From a virus (taxonomy: Duplodnaviria; Heunggongvirae; Uroviricota; Caudoviricetes): a stretch of DNA of 9,768 nucleotides. Under the pieces are notes generated by a model. It ran no database searches, was not told where the DNA came from, and was given only the letters and a program-made list of their open reading frames with translations. The DNA is taken from IMG/VR virus record IMGVR_UViG_2728369554_000006, one strand, 5' to 3'. Positions 7,944-9,768 of this stretch are shown here, piece after piece; positions within the stretch are counted from its first letter, which is position 1, and the number at the start of each line of letters is the position of its first letter. Made by a program: the position numbers and the translations under genes.

Positions 7944-9428
7944 TTATTGTATTTCTGCTTCAGAATTTCCTGGGCAGTATATATTTTCTATTTTTTGTGG
8001 AGTGATCAGGTGATGTACAACTGCTTTATCTACACATAAATTAACTCCGGTGAGAGCTAATGTATGCCCATCACCATTTATTGTTAGTAACGGGCTGGAA
8101 AATTTCTCTGCCATCTTACGGGCATTAATCCAGGGCGTTGTTGGGTCGTATTTGTGTGCTACAAACAGTAAACCAGAGGGCAGAACAGTATTTTTCAGGC
8201 GAGTTTTGTTCAGGTCGCTATGTATTGGCCATAATTCACAAAAATCAGGTGAATCGGAACGTCCATTGTCAAAGTTAATAGCCGGGAAGGCATTCGCAAG
8301 AGCGTCTTTTCGGGATTTTCGCTCTTCTGGTGTTAATTGCTCATCCCCCTGATCTACACAAAGGATTACCCCCGAAGCATCGCTTGACTCTTCTGAGGCT
8401 ATCGGAGCACTGAGCGCAGTTTCAATTTCATTACTGACAATCCCCTGAGAGAACTGGCGTATGGCAGTTGCAAGGGTTGGCCATGATGAACGCCATAGCA
8501 GAAGGTCTGTTGTTAATGATATGAGTTCATCTGAAGATATATTTTCTCCCTTACTGTCTAATAAAGGTTTGTGATGTAATTTTGATAATAGCTCATGGAA
8601 CTGAGTTATTGCCTTATCTCTGTCTGAAGAAAGCGGGCAACTTTTTGTACGCGCACACCAGGATGCAAAGCGATCAAACGTTTCCTGATAACTCTGTGCC
8701 TGTTTGAGTTGCCATGTGAAGTTGTCCTCCAGGTCATCGATATCGACGACTCCATCAAGAACGATAGATCTTACGTTGTAGGGAAAACGTTCTGCATATA
8801 AGGCTGCAATTTGAGTTCCATACGAATACGCCACGGCTGTCAGTTGTTTATCCCCCAAGGCTTGCCTAATACGATCAATATCGTATACAGCCTCGTTAGA
8901 GCCGATATGGCGAATGACTTCGGCTCCGGTATTATGGATACAGGCATTAATTTTATTTAATACTTGTTGCTTTTCGGTTATGTTTTCCTGAGTCTCTGTA
9001 TCTGATTGCCGGCAGTTTATTGTCGGAGTGGACTGTCCGACGCCTCGAGGATCAAATCCAATAATATCCCATGACTCACGAAGATTTGTGACTGGCCAGT
9101 CAAAGTTAATATAAGGATTTATGCCTGGTAACCCGGGACCACCACTTATTATCAGGATACTTCCTTTATGCTTGCTTTTTGCCGGCAATTTTGTCAACGC
9201 TAGTTTGACTTGTGATTTTTTTTCATAAGAAGCATCTCCGCCTGTGTCTGTATATTTTAATGGAACAGACAAATAACCACATAGTAAGTCAGGAGACGGT
9301 TTTTCCTCACCAAACCAGTGGTTGAATTGACTGGCCATACAGGATTGCCACTGTATCTGCTGGGCAGATACGGTTACTGGTAGAAGTAACGTTAAAACAA
9401 CTTTGAAATGAGTAATTATTTTTCGCAT
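7944..9428 (-). CDS. Secreted alpha/beta-hydrolase, S33 (prolyl/tripeptidyl aminopeptidase-like) serine peptidase family, with N-terminal Sec signal peptide
   Basis: 494-aa ORF. N-terminus MRKIITHFKVVLTLLLPVTVSAQQ is signal-peptide-like. GFDPRGVGQS motif, nucleophile elbow AYSYGT (G-x-S-x-G-like) and C-terminal NGDGHTLAL (candidate catalytic His) are typical of the alpha/beta-hydrolase S33/TAP family. Markedly AT-rich relative to J. Confidence 0.8.
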   Translation of the reverse strand: MRKIITHFKVVLTLLLPVTVSAQQIQWQSCMASQFNHWFGEEKPSPDLLCGYLSVPLKYTDTGGDASYEKKSQVKLALTKLPAKSKHKGSILIISGGPGLPGINPYINFDWPVTNLRESWDIIGFDPRGVGQSTPTINCRQSDTETQENITEKQQVLNKINACIHNTGAEVIRHIGSNEAVYDIDRIRQALGDKQLTAVAYSYGTQIAALYAERFPYNVRSIVLDGVVDIDDLEDNFTWQLKQAQSYQETFDRFASWCARTKSCPLSSDRDKAITQFHELLSKLHHKPLLDSKGENISSDELISLTTDLLLWRSSWPTLATAIRQFSQGIVSNEIETALSAPIASEESSDASGVILCVDQGDEQLTPEERKSRKDALANAFPAINFDNGRSDSPDFCELWPIHSDLNKTRLKNTVLPSGLLFVAHKYDPTTPWINARKMAEKFSSPLLTINGDGHTLALTGVNLCVDKAVVHHLITPQKIENIYCPGNSEAEIQ

Positions 9429-9566
9429 TGTGTCTCTGAATATCGGAATAAAGATAAAATTTGAATATATTGAGGTCTTGTGTTGCGGTAAGAGATTACA
9501 CGTTATGACATAGGTTAAATGCTTACAAAATTAGTGGATATTGTCTACTTGTAACTGTAAACAAAT

Positions 9567-9595
9567 TCCCCGGGGTTATACAATACCACCGGGGA
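9567..9595 (-). terminator. Candidate intrinsic terminator of ompT
   Basis: On the minus strand: GC stem CCCCGG/CCGGGG (plus 9568-9573 and 9589-9594), a rather long ~15-nt loop, then AUUUGUUU, about 20 nt after the ompT stop. Confidence 0.4.
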
Positions 9596-9614
9596 GAAAA
9601 TCTGGTTAACTTCG

Positions 9615-9768
9615 TTAAAAGGTGTACTTAAGACCAGCAGTAGTGATGAAGTTATAGTTTTCTATGCCTGCACCATTTTTGCTGTAGTCTGAAGTGTTAT
9701 CATTGTGATCATAAAGTGAAGTATTACCTTTTTTATTCGTAACCCGATTCCATGCGCCTTCAACATAA
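9615..9768 (-). CDS. ompT: Outer membrane protease OmpT (omptin), C-terminal 50 codons plus stop; gene continues beyond the window end
   Basis: Reverse-strand translation YVEGAWNRVTNKKGNTSLYDHNDNTSDYSKNGAGIENYNFITTAGLKYTF* matches the remembered E. coli OmpT C-terminus, including the terminal aromatic beta-barrel signature. Confidence 0.85.
   Translation of the reverse strand, partial: YVEGAWNRVTNKKGNTSLYDHNDNTSDYSKNGAGIENYNFITTAGLKYTF

Noticed and set aside
8050-8352. 100-aa plus-strand ORF
   Set aside because: Antisense within the well-supported hydrolase gene.
1-9768. Search for tRNA, rRNA, CRISPR arrays, IS elements or integrase/att sites
   Set aside because: No spaced direct-repeat arrays, no cloverleaf-compatible tRNA-like segments, no transposase or integrase-like ORFs and no terminal inverted repeats were seen by eye.

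Overview
This window looks like the right (tail-fibre) arm of a lambdoid prophage in an Escherichia-type genome, running into the chromosomal/cargo gene ompT. All identifications are from reading the translations by eye against remembered protein families; no database search was run. Left to right: the 3' two-thirds of a lambda J-like tail-tip gene (1-3854, +), broken by three 10-N scaffold joins, two of which are followed by re-started, slightly divergent copies of sequence already shown; an intrinsic terminator; an stf-like side tail fibre gene (3913-5955, +) with a 161-N masked stretch, a Ser/Ala/Thr repeat shaft and an AT-rich LamG-like C-terminal domain; two small unrecognised ORFs (92-aa acidic, 97-aa membrane) sitting where the tail fibre assembly gene tfa is expected; a 5'-truncated tfa remnant; an intact class I SAM-methyltransferase on the minus strand (ybcY-like); a second tfa-like remnant (tfaX-like); an AT-rich 494-aa secreted alpha/beta-hydrolase on the minus strand (S33 peptidase-like), in the position where E. 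coli K-12 carries appY; and the 3' end of ompT (minus). The most interesting candidates are the two-gene module coupled to the tail fibre and the secreted hydrolase cargo gene. No tRNA, rRNA, CRISPR array or IS element was seen.
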